From Octopus bimaculoides (lineage: Eukaryota): a stretch of DNA of 64,000 nt. Below are positions 37,704 to 51,290 of the stretch, in pieces (within the stretch, counting starts at the first letter, position 1; every line of letters begins with the position of its first letter). Where the stretch lies: contig NC_068988.1 of the NCBI RefSeq assembly GCF_001194135.2, forward strand, positions 52,042,026 to 52,106,025, written 5' to 3'. Both the position numbers and the translations under genes were made by a program. The notes under the pieces were generated by a model that was not told the origin of the DNA, ran no database searches, and saw only the letters and a list, made by a program, of their open reading frames with translations.

Positions 37704-38096
37704 TCTTTATTCTTTTACTTGTTTCAGTCATTTGACTGTAGCCATGCTGGAGCACCACCTTTAGTCGAGCAAATCGACCCCAGGACTTATTCTTTGTAAG
37801 TCTAGTACTTATATTTTAGTGGCTCTTTTGCTGAACTGCTAAGTTATGGGGACGTAAACACACCAGCATTGGTTGTCAAGCGATGTTGGGGGGACAAACA
37901 CAGACAAACAAACATATACACAAACACATATATAAGACGGGCTCCCTTCAGTTTCTGTCTACCAAATCCACTTATAAGGCTTTGGTTATCCCGAGGCTAT
38001 AGTAGATGACAATTGCCTAAGGTGCCACGCAGTGGACTGAACCTGGAACCATGTGGTTGGGAAGCAAGCTACTTACCACACAGCCACTCCTGTGCC
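37704..38096 (-). mobile_element. SINE family A (abuts an older partial copy at ~37400-37702)
   Basis: Reverse-complement match to 33463-33983. Confidence 0.9.
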
Positions 38097-38470
38097 TGAG
38101 CACAATTTTTAAAAAAATTAACCATGTATTATCTTTTAGCTTTGAGATTTCAAAGATGTGATTGTTTATATTTAAAATGACATTGCTATGTAGGTGTGAG
38201 AGGCCAGATCTGGCAAGTTTGAACACAAAGCATGCAGAAGATTTGAGCTGCATATGGCCAGTTTAAATGCTAAAGGGTTAACATAAACCCAACACAAACC
38301 TAGGAATAATGCATTCCATTCATGGCCATTCCAACTTATATACAGACAATGGGTCCACGACTACATTACCCAATATGTCCTTCACTTTTAGGAGGAACGG
38401 TGTGGCTTAAGGAGAATTAGGGTGCTATTTCCAGCAGAGTGACACCATAAAGGTTACAAGACTAGTTTAA

Positions 38471-38689
38471 CCCTTTAATATTTTAACAGGCCATATCTTG
38501 CTCAAATATTCTACCTGAGTTATGTTCAGACTGGCCAGATCTGGCTTCTCACACCAAACCTACAACATCATTCTAAAAATTAACAGTTACCTCATTAAAA
38601 TCTCAAAGCTAAAAGATGATACAAGCTTAATTGAAAACATGTGCATAAATAAGCATTACTTTTAACAGAATAATGTGAATGTTAAAGGG
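38471..38689. mobile_element. piggyBac-like MITE ~30 nt into PPP1R8 intron 4
   Basis: TTAA|CCCTTTAATATT...AATGTTAAAGGG|TTAA. Confidence 0.85.
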
Positions 38690-38719
38690 TTAAGTTAATG
38701 AATTGAGTTGTAAACTTAC

Positions 38720-38940
38720 ATCGAGTTCTGTTTCTGATTCTGGAAGACCTAAAAGTCCACCCTCAATGTCATCATTCCTTTTTTCGAGTTCTTCAGGACC
38801 ACTAAGGTTACTAACAGGCTGTGGACGTTCTCTAATAATGTATATACGAGTTGAGGCACCAAAGTGGATTTCACTGTCAACAGGAACTTGCTGGGGTTTT
38901 TTAGATTCCAACCGTATGTGACCAATAAAAGTACCATGTG
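38720..38940 (-). CDS. PPP1R8: NIPP1 coding exon 4, FHA C-half and linker
   Basis: (T)HGTFIGHIRLESKKPQQVPVDSEIHFGASTRIYIIRERPQ...GLLGLPESETELD; ttcatag| and GAT|gtaagt; 221 nt. Confidence 0.97.
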
Positions 38941-39056
38941 CTATGAAATGATAAGACAACAAATAAAACAACATTGAACAAAACACAAAGCTAATCTCTT
39001 TAAGAGACTCTTTACAGCCTCTTGGAGAATAGGGAGAAAAGAAGGGGACTACTTAC

Positions 39057-39210
39057 TGCTGCCAAGATCCATGATGAAAGGTCTAGAGAGGTGTTTGTGC
39101 CACACTAAAGCAGCATGAACACGAGAACAGGAAGCATGGTCAATGCAGAAGTCACACAGCTGTTTGTTGCGGCCAAAAAAGTAGCATTTTTTCTCATCAA
39201 TCATTAATTT
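39057..39210 (-). CDS. PPP1R8: NIPP1 coding exon 3, FHA domain N-half
   Basis: KLMIDEKKCYFFGRNKQLCDFCIDHASCSRVHAALVWHKHLSRPFIMDLGS with FHA GR, SRxH motifs; ttttcag| acceptor and A|gtaagt donor; 154 nt. Confidence 0.97.
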
Positions 39211-39554
39211 CTGAAAAGAAAATCCAAGTTTTATATGTACATATGTGCATACATCCTGTGCCGGTGGCATGTAAAAAGCACCATCCAAGTGTAGTCAATG
39301 CCAATGTTGCCTGACTGGTAGCACGTAAAAAGCACCCACTACACTCTCAGAGTAGTTGGCATTAGGAAGGAAGAGCATCCAGCTGTAGAAACCTTACCAG
39401 ATCAGATTGGAGCCTGGTGCAGCCTCCTGGCTTGCCAGTCCTCAGTCAAACCGTCCAATCCATGGAAAGCGGACATTAAATGATGATGATATATAAACAC
39501 GAACACACACACACACACACACACATATCTTTGTAACAATAGTAGATCTCATAG

Positions 39555-39701
39555 CACACATAAAACTATTAATAGCAGCATATAAACATTGGGTTGAAAA
39601 CCCCTTTTGGATAGAAAAGGTTGAACCCAGCCTTCAACTTCTATCCAAAAGGATTCTTCAACCCAATATTCTATATGCTATTATTTATAGTTTTATGTGT
39701 G
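39555..39701. repeat. Imperfect fold-back (~70-bp arms, 7-nt loop) in PPP1R8 intron 2
   Basis: cacacataaaacta...ttgggttgaa...ccttttggatagaa mirrored by ttctatccaaaagg...ttcaacccaa...tagttttatgtgtg. Confidence 0.85.
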
Positions 39702-40604
39702 TTCTTCAAATATACTGCTTCAAATAATAATTATTTCATGTTCTCTTGAAAATTTATATAATTCTTACAACGCCAACAACACACACACATACACACATAT
39801 ACATATATAGAGAGAAACAAATAGAAATTGACATTGACATGTACAACACATTAAACTGCATCTGCTGTTGAAGTTCCAACTTAGGAATTACTGAGTTTTT
39901 GGAAGTATAGAGTTTCTTTTTAATCACCACTACTTAGAGATGTGCTATGGCTTGTGGTGGTAGGATGGGCCAAATAACAAAAGATGGTTTTGAAGTTAAG
40001 ATATTAGAGGACGGCACAGTCCAGAGGCACATGTCACATAAGCCCCATTGGTATGTAAACATGTTATGATATCGCATGAACCAGTCCTCCTTGCTTTAGG
40101 GGTAAAATGACCCTGTTCTTCAGAGATAAGCTTGGGAGATTTGGAAACAGATAAGTAAACTGTGAATAAACCAGCAGAAAGCACTGCTGTATATTTCCTA
40201 AGAAAAGCACGAATCTTCAGACTTTGGCATGGAGACCCATGAGCAGAGATGCCTGCAGGCATGGCATGCACATATTCTTGAGTATAAGTCACACCAATAG
40301 ATAGCTCACGCCCTCATTTTAAATACATTCTTGGATCAGTATTTGACTTACATAAAAGTTGAAGGTTGTGTTCATCAATTTTGCTTATACATGCTTGGGA
40401 TGAACTTTCCATCAAAATATTTGAAAAAACATATTTCATAGTCCACAACTATAATGCTGACTGCTGATCATCTGCAGGGAAATGCACCATTTGTGCATCC
40501 ATTCTTGAAATGGCTGTAAAAGACTATCTGCACACCTACCTTCCTAGCTCCTTTCTGCTCATCCTACTTTAGGTTTTACCAGCAATGACCAGCTTTACCT
40601 AATA

Positions 40605-41216
40605 CAGGCTGGGGCAGAGGGGATGGACGTTTTTAAAATGGCTATTACTCAGTCCCAGTGGGAGGGACATGTCCGACAGGTACCATTTGGTCAGTGGTGT
40701 CTAGGCATTTTCTTTGCTTTTCGGGTGAAACCATGGTGCTGTGGACAATAGAGCATTGCATGTTTGCCTATGACAGTTACGTGAAGAATAACGAGTCTGT
40801 CACAGCAGTTCAGTGTGAGTTTCGGCACCACTTCAACATTCACCAAAGTCAGGCTGTTTCCATCCAGAACACAATCTTATGTTGAGTGAATGCACTTTGT
40901 ACACAAGGTACACTAATGAATAGGAGACTGGTGGGGGCACCGTGAATGATATGGACCCCAGAAAATGTGGAATGCGTCAGACAAGTTTTGATATGGAGTC
41001 TGAATCATTCTTTTTGGAGGCATTCCACTGAACTTGGCATCGGTAATCGATTGGTAAGGCATATTTTGCATGAAGACCTGCATTTCCACCCATAGAAATT
41101 GGTCAATGGACAACAGTTGAAACCATGGGACTATGCACAGCAGCTTAACTTCGCATGTCAGATGGAAGCAATTTTTGAGGCAAATGACAACCACATTTTG
41201 TTAATGAGTGATGAAG
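40605..41216 (+). mobile_element. 5' half of a Tc1/mariner-superfamily transposase relic (rosa/DD41D-like)
   Basis: WTIEH..FAYDSYVKNNESVTAVQ.EFR.HF...TPENVE.VR...ILHEDLHFHP.K...LMSDE; truncated after the first Asp. Confidence 0.7.
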
Positions 41217-41737
41217 TACTTCATTTATTGACCAAGAGAGAAGGAAAAGACAGGATTTGAAACCAAAGCACAGAAAGTCAAAATGGATATTGCAAAACAT
41301 TCTACCCAATGTTCTATCAAACTGGCCCTAATCTCCTTAATCATCCTGGCTACACGACCATAAGTAGAACCACCACCTCTATATTCTAATAACCATATTC
41401 CTGATGTCAAGCATGTAATTATTTTTTCCCTAAAGTATGTCTGAAAATCTGCCATGCATTCTTTAGAACAATGGTTTCATTTCTCACAAGCTAATTCTAA
41501 CTCCATTTGATAAGCTAAGTTTAATTTTAACTCCATACAATAAAAGCAGACCATAAGTAATCAACAGAATCTCAGCCACACACAAACACTTTGGTGAAGA
41601 ATGTGAAAGAATGCTCTTCTTAAGAATGATTGATTAACCCTGTAGGCTGATAAGGGTGTACAGTTGCTGAAAACACAGTTAAGTTAAATTGCTGATGAAA
41701 TGAAAATGATAAAAACTGCAACAACAAATGTACATAC

Positions 41738-41798
41738 CTGAATCATTTTTCCTTCTTTGAGAACATCGAGATGGAGTCCTGATGGAGGCTTACCAGCC
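41738..41798 (-). CDS. PPP1R8: NIPP1 coding exon 2 (W-AGKPPSGLHLDVLKEGKMIQ)
   Basis: ctatag|G...CAG|gtatgt; 61 nt; matches human AGKPPPGLHLDVVKGDKLIE as recalled. Confidence 0.95.
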
Positions 41799-43625
41799 CT
41801 ATAGTAATGCAGAGAATATTACAAAAATAATGACATTTCATAGTTGAAAACAATGAATGGGTTAAACTACAAAAAATTACATACAACAGTAATTCAGTCA
41901 GTGTTAATATACTGTATTTAAGGTGCCAAGCTGGCAGAATCATTAGCATGCCAGGCAAAATGCTTAGTGGTGTTTTGTCTGTCGTTACATTCAGAGTTCA
42001 AATTCCACTGAGGTTGACTTTGCCTTTCATCCATTCAGGGTCAATAAATTAAATACCAGTGAATCACTGAAGTCGATGTAATTGACTGGTCCCCTCCCCA
42101 CCAAAATTTTAGGCCTTGTGCCTTTTGTAAAAAGGTTAATACACCGTATTTGACAGCATATGAGATGTATTTTGTTTTCCAAGAATAAAAATTTCAAAAA
42201 CAAAAAAAATCGCTCAGGGTCCTATGTGTGAAGTTGGGATTCCACCTCCAATAAGCTAATATCATATGCTTTAATGTATGTAATATCAACTTAGTGAAGG
42301 TGCATGGCTTAGTGGTTAGGGTATTCAGCTCATGACTGTAAGGTTGTGAGTTCGATGCCTGGCGGCACATTGTGTCCTTGAGTGAGACGCTTTATTTCAC
42401 ATTGCTCCAGTCCACTCTGCTGGTAAAAGTAAGTCGTACCAGTAATCCAACAAGTCAGCCTTGTCATATTGTGTGTCATGCTGAATTTCCCAGAAAACTA
42501 AGTTAAGGGTACACATGTCTGTGGAGTGCTCAGTCACTTATCAGATCATCTGGAACCCCCATCATCGCAACCAACAGAGTGCCAGTTTAAAAGTGCATTA
42601 AAAGATTTTGACCTGAACATGCAATGCTAAAACTTGAGTGCATCTAATATGCCTGTGCATCTTTTATGCTATCAAATACTGTAGTTAACCCATAAACTGC
42701 TGGGATTTTTCTGTATGTAACACGAACTGCTGAGCCTATCTTGGGTAAAGATCAACATCGATCTATCACTTGAAAAAAATACTCAGTGTTTCTTAACACC
42801 TTCTGTGATTGGCTACACTGTTTCTGGGGTGAAAGGGTATTGTGTGCATACATTATACGTCATCAAAATTAGGTCAGATCATGCTCTACTTCCATGGCCA
42901 CGAACGTGGCCTGTCGCACTGTCGCGTTGGCCACTGAGGTGGCCTATTGCAGTTTATGGGTTAATTAACATAAGTTGTATCAAAAAACATGACAGGAAAT
43001 AATTACACAGTGAGGGAAACACATATTACAGATCGACTAATATTACTTTGAGTTCATCAGCAAATACAGGAAACAAATTTGAACATTTGTTTATTAGTCA
43101 CATCTGCTTCTCCATGGTGGTATGAGTTTCAATGGTTTGCATGTTTTAAGTCAAGATTTTGCTGTCACCAATATTTTTCTCACCTGTTTTCAATTAAGGG
43201 ATTTTGAATTACATGTGTCTTTGAAAGTGAGGAGTGACTGGTCATAATTTCAACAATATTGGTTTCACATTTTGACACAAGGCCAGCAGTTTCATTGTGG
43301 GGTAGGTCTAAGTCAATTACATCAGCTCCCCAGCATTCAACTGGTACTTATTTTATCGACCCTGAAAGGATGAAAGGCAAAGTGGACCTTGACAGAATAT
43401 GTGAAGTAATATTAACATCAGCACAACTTTATTTGTGGTGACACACTTACACACACACACAAGCACTCAGTCCACTCTGTAAAGAGGGTCACATTAGGAT
43501 AGGCATCTGGATGTAGAAACCAAGCCATAGCAGACAGTAGAGCTTGGCACAGTTCTCTGGTTTTCCAGAGAATTCCAGTTAAGCCATCCAACCCATGCCA
43601 GCATGAAAAGTGGATGGTAAATGTT

Positions 43626-43998
43626 ACTCTTTTACTTGTTTCAGTCATTTGACTGTGGCCATGCTGGAGCACCGCCTTTAGTTGAGCAAATCGACCCCAG
43701 GACTTATTCTTTGTAAGCCTAGTACTTCTTCTAATGGTCTCTTTTGCCGAACTGCTAAGTTACGGGGACGTAAACACACCAGCATTGGTTGTCAAGCGAT
43801 GTTGGGGGGACAAACAGACACACAAAGATACACACACACACATATATATCAGTTTCTGGCTACCAAATCCATTCACAAGGCTTTGGTCGACCCGAGGCTA
43901 TAGTAGCAGACACTTGCCCAAGGTGCCACGCAGTGGGACTGAACCCAGAACCATGTGGTTGGTAAGCAAACTACTTACCACACAACCACTCCTACACC
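43626..43998 (-). mobile_element. SINE family A
   Basis: Full-length reverse copy; further partial copies at ~1216-1335, 6372-6540, 16060-16170, 22420-22520, 44395-44560, 46975-47328. Confidence 0.9.
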
Positions 43999-45169
43999 TA
44001 TGTTGATGATAATGATAATTATTAATATATATACACACACATATACTGCAGAGGGTGGCAGCAAATATAAAGTTGGAGGGTACAAACACGCACATACAAT
44101 CATCATCACCACCACCCTTATTTGATGGTCACTTTCACATGCTTGCATGGGTCAGATGGAGATTATTTGAGGCAGATTTTCTACAGCCAGATGTCCTTCC
44201 AGCCACCAACCCTCACCAGGTTCCAAACAAGGTAACATTTCCCCATGACCAGACATGTTCTCAAAGAAAATTGGAAACAGATGACACTGCCTGTATTACA
44301 GTGAAACTCATTTCCAGCTATTACGTGACAAAGAAACACTCACATATACATACATAGACTGACACAGACACAAAACATACAGACACATACATACACATAC
44401 GACAGGCCTCCGCACAGTTTCCACCTACCAAATCCACTCACAAGGCTTTGGTTGGCCTGGAGCTTTTGTAGAAGACATTTGCTCAAGGTGCTGTGCTGTG
44501 GGACTGAATTCAGAACCATGTGGTTGGGAAACAAACTTCTTACCACACAGCCACGCCTGTGCTTCTTCTCTGATATACATTGGTGAGAAATTAAAAACTA
44601 GTGTCATTCCTCATCCACAAGAAACACGGGGATCCCTCTGGAAAGCTGTAACTAACAACACTATTGTTCACAAATCCCAATGTAAAATAAATAAATAAAA
44701 CTTATTAAGTGATGATGATGATGATTATGACAATCATAAATGTCCTAAATGCCAATAACAGTAATATAAAATTGATAAAAGCTTTTATTAAATAATGATG
44801 GTGGTGGTAATAAATGATCTAAACACTAAAAAATGAAAAGTTATTTTACAAAATTTCTCCGAATTCTAGATTTTTTCAAAGTAAATTAAAAATCCCTAAG
44901 GACTATGATTTATTGGAAATATCATCATGAAGGGATTGACAGAGAAATTGACAAAGAAACAAATTAGGGGTGCATGAAGGTTTTGTTTTTAAAAACTTTA
45001 CTCTCATATATTCCATCTTGTAAAAATAAATTTATCTCAAATTTTTTTTGTATTTCAAATGATTTCTTCTAAAACCTTATCTTTGCCATCAACATCTATA
45101 AATGTTTTACTACCTTCACAGATCTGTTCCCTTTGTATCATGTGCGATACACAGCACATATTCCCCTGT

Positions 45170-45660
45170 GTCCGTGCATCTGAGGCCAATGAAAGAAATT
45201 TGGGTAATCTAAGAATTAAGGAAGCTATACTCATACACAGACTAGGACCCCAAATTAACAACAGGCTGGAGGTTGGTAATCAATATATTATTTAGCTACA
45301 CCTGAATGTGTGTAGGTTAATTCTTAATAACATGCTCATGTATTGTTTATTACAAAAAAAAAAAGAGGAAAAAAAAGAAGAAAAAAAGGGAAGCTGCACA
45401 TATAACACATAATTTAGAAGCAGCGCTACAGATGTACCAACCAACACACACAAGATTGAGACATAGCCGACCTCACGCACTTCTCATGAGGAATTCCAGA
45501 AGGAGCTTCATGAGACCACTACTGAGACGCTTCCGAAAAAAGAAAAGCCGTTGGAAAACAGATTATAGCAGCGACTCCATCTAAGAATATCTGAAGAAGG
45601 AATTGCATTCCGAAATATCATGGGACTATAGATAACTAAATTACAACAGGTGTATAGTCC
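45170..45660 (+). mobile_element. Penelope-like element 3' relic
   Basis: LRIKEAILIHRLGPQINN resembles the GIY-YIG C-terminus of PLEs; a hammerhead motif follows ~300 nt downstream. Confidence 0.65.
45588..45622 (+). ncRNA. Minimal type I hammerhead ribozyme motif, core intact
   Basis: TAT-CTGAAGA-A-GGAAT(TGC)ATTCC-GAAA-TATC^ATG; stem I 3 bp including G.U, palindromic stem III ATAT. Confidence 0.7.
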
Positions 45661-48600
45661 ATTTTTGTATTATAGTGCATTGTTGTACCATTCAAAACTT
45701 TTTATTCTTTACAAATTGTTTTCAACCACCAGAGTAATTTGGAACTTACAAAGTGAAAACTTTACATTACTTAGAACAAATGAAACAAGGGCTAGCTTAA
45801 AAGTCTGAGAACAAGCTTGGATATTTAGGACAAATTTATGAAAATGCTTTGGACTGGCAAAGAATTAAGAATGTTAAGTTAATAACATAATGGGGTTTTA
45901 GTAATATAATGCGTGATAACCAAGTTCAGCAAATAAGATGATATACTGGTTCTTGATCAAACACTAAAGTGTTGGCATCACAGAACAAAGCAACAACATG
46001 AAGTTGGGTAAACTGTGTTCAAAGTTCTCACCATTCTATGTTACAATCTGTGGTGCTTAGATGTCAATAAAGCAATGCTCCTGAATATTTATACACAGTA
46101 CTACATGTTGTCCACTAGTGTGTTACTTCACAGCTGTCATCCATGAGGGAAAATCTAATGTTAGACTTTTCCCAAAATATACATGAAGTCCTTTCAACAA
46201 AAATGATGTGTTCATAGTATAATAATGCCATGTTAATTAATGGTAACACATCTGTTGAAGAAAGTTAATTAATGCTCTTTGGTTAGTACAGGTAATGATA
46301 TAGCCTGTATTTATAATAACAGACTTGTAATGTCAGTCCCATGTATTAAACACTGCACAGAGTATAGAATGCAATGTGCAAGCCACCTACCTCATTGTAA
46401 TGTGACTATGAAGCTAATCAGTAGAGAAGTGGGAAAGACTCAATCAACATTTCCTTTTCAGATATCAGAGTCAGTTTATAAATAGAATAGTCCTTGGCAG
46501 TAGTTCTGAAATAGTGAACTACCAAAGATATCTACATCATCATCATTTAGTGTCTGCTTTCCATGCTGACATGGGTTAGACAATTTGACTGGAACTAGTA
46601 GGCTGGAGTGCTGCACCAAGTTCCAGTCTGGTTTGGCATACAAGTTTCTCCTAGACACTTGCAAAACTATTAAATCATCATCACATTAACAGAACCTTTG
46701 AATTGTGAATTAGCGGCAAGTTTATGTAACTTTTCTGAAACATACCAGCCAATGAGGATTGCAATGGGTTGAATGAAGTTTATAGAAGCAGATTTTCCAT
46801 GATCAGATGCCCTTTCTCTTAACCAATTTTCACCTGTTTCCAAATAAGTTAATATTTTCCCATGGCCAGACAGACATGTTTTTACAGAATATTAGAAATT
46901 AATGATAGTGAAATTAATTTACAGTTATCATACAATGTCAAAATGAGGAAGGACACACACACATCTTTTCATTTATCTTTTACTTGTTTCAGTCATTAGA
47001 CAGTGGCCAGGCTGCGGCACTGTCTTGAAGAATTTTAGTCAAACGAATCAACCCCAGTACTTATTTACCTTTTTTAAGCCTGGTATTTTTTCTATGGGTA
47101 TCTTTTTGCCAAACTGCTAAGTTATGGGGATGTAAACACACCAACACTGATTAAGAAGTAGTGGACACAGTAGGCTTTTTCAGTTTCTGTCTATCAAATC
47201 CATTCACAAAGCTTTGGGTAGCCTGGGACTATAGTAAAAGACACATGCCCAAGGTGCCACACAGTGGGACTGAACATGAAACCATGTAGCTGGGAAGCAA
47301 ACTTCTCAACCACACAGCCATGCCTACATCTATAAATATGATCATAAACTTCACATCCAACTAATACAGTGAAACTCATGTATGAAGTACTTGTGCTAAG
47401 GAACATGACAAGTTGGTTACATAGTATGTACAGGAACTGGGAAGTGGGTGGAGGATATTGAAAGTGGCTTAGATTGTATTTTGTTCTCAACTGTCCATTA
47501 TGTAAATTGAATAAAGGTTAGAAGTGGGATTTCCATCAAAGTAGGCAATTTTCAGGAAATCAATACTAATAGTCTAATGTTTGTTACTGATGAGGACATG
47601 AGATTTTGGTGTCCAACAAATGACTTCATATGGCTCCAAATTTGGTGGCTGCAATGGTTTCCAAGCTGTATCCTCTCAAGCAAAAACTTGAGTATGGTCA
47701 ACTCCACTGGTTCTGATAAAATAGTTTTTTGTTCACATGAACTGGTTGGAGATAAGTTTGTCATGTATGATCTCAATTAGTTGATATACACATTCATATA
47801 GTTATTAGGTGTCTGGCTGAGCCATTATTATCTGTAGCTTTGGCAGAATTGTTAGCACACTGAACAAAATGTTTTGCAACATTTCTTTCAGCATTATGGT
47901 CTGAGTTCAATTTCTGCTGAGGTCAACTTGACCTTTTATCCTTTTGAGGTCAATACACTAAGTACCAATTGAGCACTGGGGTTCATGCAATCAAATGCCC
48001 CCTCATCTGTAATCTCAAACCTTGTGCTTATAGTAGAATTTTGTATAGATACAGGGTGGGATAAAGAGATCAGGATCACTCCAACAATCAGAAGTGAGTT
48101 GAATTAAGAGGGCAGCTTTCGAGTGACACTGGAACATCCAAGGAGGTTCGTCATAAGAACAAAAAATGTTGAGTTAAGCTACTTGTCTCTGTTATGTGAG
48201 ATAAAAGGAAGAACACCAAATCAAAAGATGTAATATTCTGCTAAATTTTTCAAGTCTGTCTCTTTTGTAGCGTCTGCAATGCATATAGTCTCTGGCCATT
48301 GAGGTTAGTGATAAATACATGCTAACAAGTAGATGTAATTATTGAAGGAGGAAGAGGGACAACCAAATCAATGTGCATGTGATGGAAACTAGCACCTGAT
48401 GCAGCAAATGGACCAAAAGGCTTTGACTTGACAGTTAACCTTGGCATGCTGACATCTCATGTAGTTCTAACCCACACCCACACAACTCAATTAATTCCTG
48501 GCTGCACATAATCAGTAATCAGTTTTGGGGTAGTATTATCATTAGGCCTCCAGTAATTGCTCATCCATCTATTTACAAATGTATGGAGCAAGGCTGCATC

Positions 48601-49582
48601 CCTGGTGAATAGGATTGGCCATGTAAAAAGCACTCGTGCTGGTGCCATGTAAAAGTGCTCGTGTGGTGGCACATTAAAAACACCCAGCACATACTGTAGA
48701 GTTGTTAGCATTAGGAAAGGCATCTAGCCGTAGAAACAAAGCCATATCAGACTGGAGGTGCAATTGCCCAACTTGCCATTTCTGGCCAAACCCATGCTAG
48801 TATGGAAAACAGATGTTAAAGGATGAAAATGATGATATTTGAATTCACTTTTTGTCCCACTTGTACTTTTTCCAATCAATTCTCTCTTTTCTTAACATTG
48901 GTTAAAAATGTTTTCTTTGCACAGTCCTATATTCTCACTATCTCATCTATAGGCTTTAACATCCTAAAATCTACTCTCCTTTAGCCAACCTCCTAAATTG
49001 TGCACCAGCATCAATATCTTAGTTTCATCATCATCATTTACTATCCATCTTCCTTACTAGCATGGGTTGGACAGTTTGACAGGGGCAAGCAAACCAGAGA
49101 TCTGCACCAGGCTCCATTGTCTGCTTTGTCATGGTTTCTATGGTTGGATGTCCTTCCTAACATCAACCACCTTATAGAGTGTACTGGGTGCTTTTTTTAT
49201 GTGGCATCAGCACCAGCAGAATTGCCAGACAAAAACCCCTTGGCTGGGAGAGGCTTTGTGTCAGTTAAGAGGTTAAAGTATAATAAAGGGATAGAGAGAG
49301 AGAGGAGATACTTGGCTATGCCAGTAGGAAAAGAAAGGAGAGGAAGAAGGAAGAGAGTTAGAGAGAAAGATAGAGAATAGGTGTTGGAGACACATCGGGA
49401 CAAACCCACAATGTATGGTGGGGCGAATATAAGTGGCACTGAGAGGGATATGTTTTGTAAGAGAATGAGGGGAGATTTTAGAGATGGAGAAAGAGGTGCC
49501 ATTACATATTACTGTTGATTGAGATAGGTCTCTATAAAAAGTGAAAGACTGGGGAGTTTGAAGATAGGAGTGTACTGTTTAA

Positions 49583-49800
49583 CCCTTTAGCATTTAAACT
49601 GGCTATATACAGTCAAAATATTCTACCTGTTTTATGCTTAACCCAGACAGATCCAGCCTCTCACAAAAACTCTTCAATATCATCACAAAAATAAAGTCAT
49701 ATCATCGGAATCTCGAAGTTATGAGATAATGCATGCTTAATTCAAAATAATGTGAAGAAATAAGGAATACGTTTGACAGAGAAACCTGAATGCTAAAGGG
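49583..49800. mobile_element. piggyBac-like MITE
   Basis: TTAA|CCCTTTAGCATT...AATGCTAAAGGG|TTGA. Confidence 0.8.
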
Positions 49801-50299
49801 TTGAGGGTAATGGAAGGGACAGAAATATTGATTTCAAATTTTGGCACAAGACCAGTAATTTTGAGGGATGGGGTAAGTTGATTAAATCAACCCCAGGGCT
49901 CAGCTGGCACTTATTTTATTGACGCTGAAAGGATGGACAAAGCTGACCTTGGCGGGATTTTAATTCAGACTAATGGGTGATTTTTACATGCCATTGGCAC
50001 GGGTGCCAGTTACATCACACCAACATCAGTCCTCGGTCAATGCTGTTGTCATGAAACTGACACACATAAGAAGCACCCATTTTATTTTGGAGTGGTTGGC
50101 ATTAGGAAGGGCATCCAGCCATAAAAGCCATGCCAAATCAGACTGGAACTTGGTGCAGCTCTCTGGCTTACCAGTTCCAGCCAAACCATCTAACCCATGC
50201 CAGCATGGAAAGCAGACACTAAATGATGATGATGATGTTGCTAAGCATTTTTTCCAGCCTGCTAACAATTCTGCCAGCTTGCTGCCTTAATTGTTTGGA

Positions 50300-50560
50300 A
50301 ATATAATAACATTGGAAGAGAGCGAAGTACCAGAGTTGGTGAAGAACGAGGTGTTTGCCAGTGAAGGTTATGAGCTGTGTAGAACCTATGGAATTCTGAG
50401 CATTAAAGGAATGAGCAGAAGAGCCATCAAGAACAACATTGAGGCTGTTATGAGAGCATCTAGATGGCTCGTGCTGATCAGTGGAGTTAGTAGAATGCTG
50501 CTTGGACACAGGCCTTGACTTGATCAACCCCGATCAGGTTGCCTAGATGAAGGGGTAATG
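50300..50560 (+). mobile_element. HERO-like RLE LINE 3' fragment
   Basis: LCRTYGILSIKGMSRRAIKNNIEAVMRASRWL; 3'UTR tgctgc(t)tggacaca...tgatcaaccc shared with 63120-63430. Confidence 0.6.
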
Positions 50561-50959
50561 TAAGACTAAGAAGAAGAAAGAAAAAAAACATCCAATGACT
50601 CTCAGGATACAACACTGATGATGGGTCCATGTATAGCATCTGTAAATGTTAAGGGAACACACGTGAAAGTGAAACAGGTGAAGTGGGGGAAAGAATTTGA
50701 GAAAAATTTTATTGTGTTTGTGTATGCATTCAGAGCATCTTGTTGACAAACTGAAGATAAGAAGATTAAGATTCTGCAAAGTTTAGTAGAGACGCTCTTG
50801 GTAAGGGTCCTCTTTATAAGATATGGAAACTTTCAGACCTTGCAATGCGTGCAACAAATTTTTTTTTTTGCATAACGTATGCGTTGCGTTGGTGGTTAAA
50901 CATTTCTCAAGTGGTGATGGTGAGTGACTTCCTCCAGGAGTTGTAAGCGGTGGCAACTG

Positions 50960-51290
50960 TGAATGACCCACTTGATGGTTTTACGGCTGGACGTCCAGTA
51001 GGTAGAGTGATCAGACGATAAGATGGGGCAGAGATGGACATAGCTGCGTTGTACAAGTGAGAAAAAGACCAAGAGTGTTTGGAGAGTTGCTGTGTTGGCC
51101 AGGGATACGGACGAAAAGTAAACGATATGACCTCAGTAAAAGTGGTGTCAGTGTTGGAGGAGAGGGTGCTAAAACAAGTTGTGCGCATTGAAATTATCGA
51201 TGATGATGATGACTTCAGAGAGAAGGTAACTGAGATAGATGCCTGCCCTCAAAACAGGAAATAGAATAACTGAATAACTGATAATGATTG
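50960..51290 (-). mobile_element. LINE AP-endonuclease relic
   Basis: IIIIDNFNAHN...LSSDHST resemble the APE GDFNAH and SDH motifs. Confidence 0.45.

Noticed and set aside
39211-39288. N-terminal extension MDGAFYMPPAQDV... of the FHA ORF in the track
   Set aside because: Intronic repeat sequence; a canonical acceptor at 39211-39212 joins exon 2 in frame.
47560-47780. Possible mariner transposase fragment (and a pogo-like piece at ~40000-40420)
   Set aside because: Motifs are too degraded to call.
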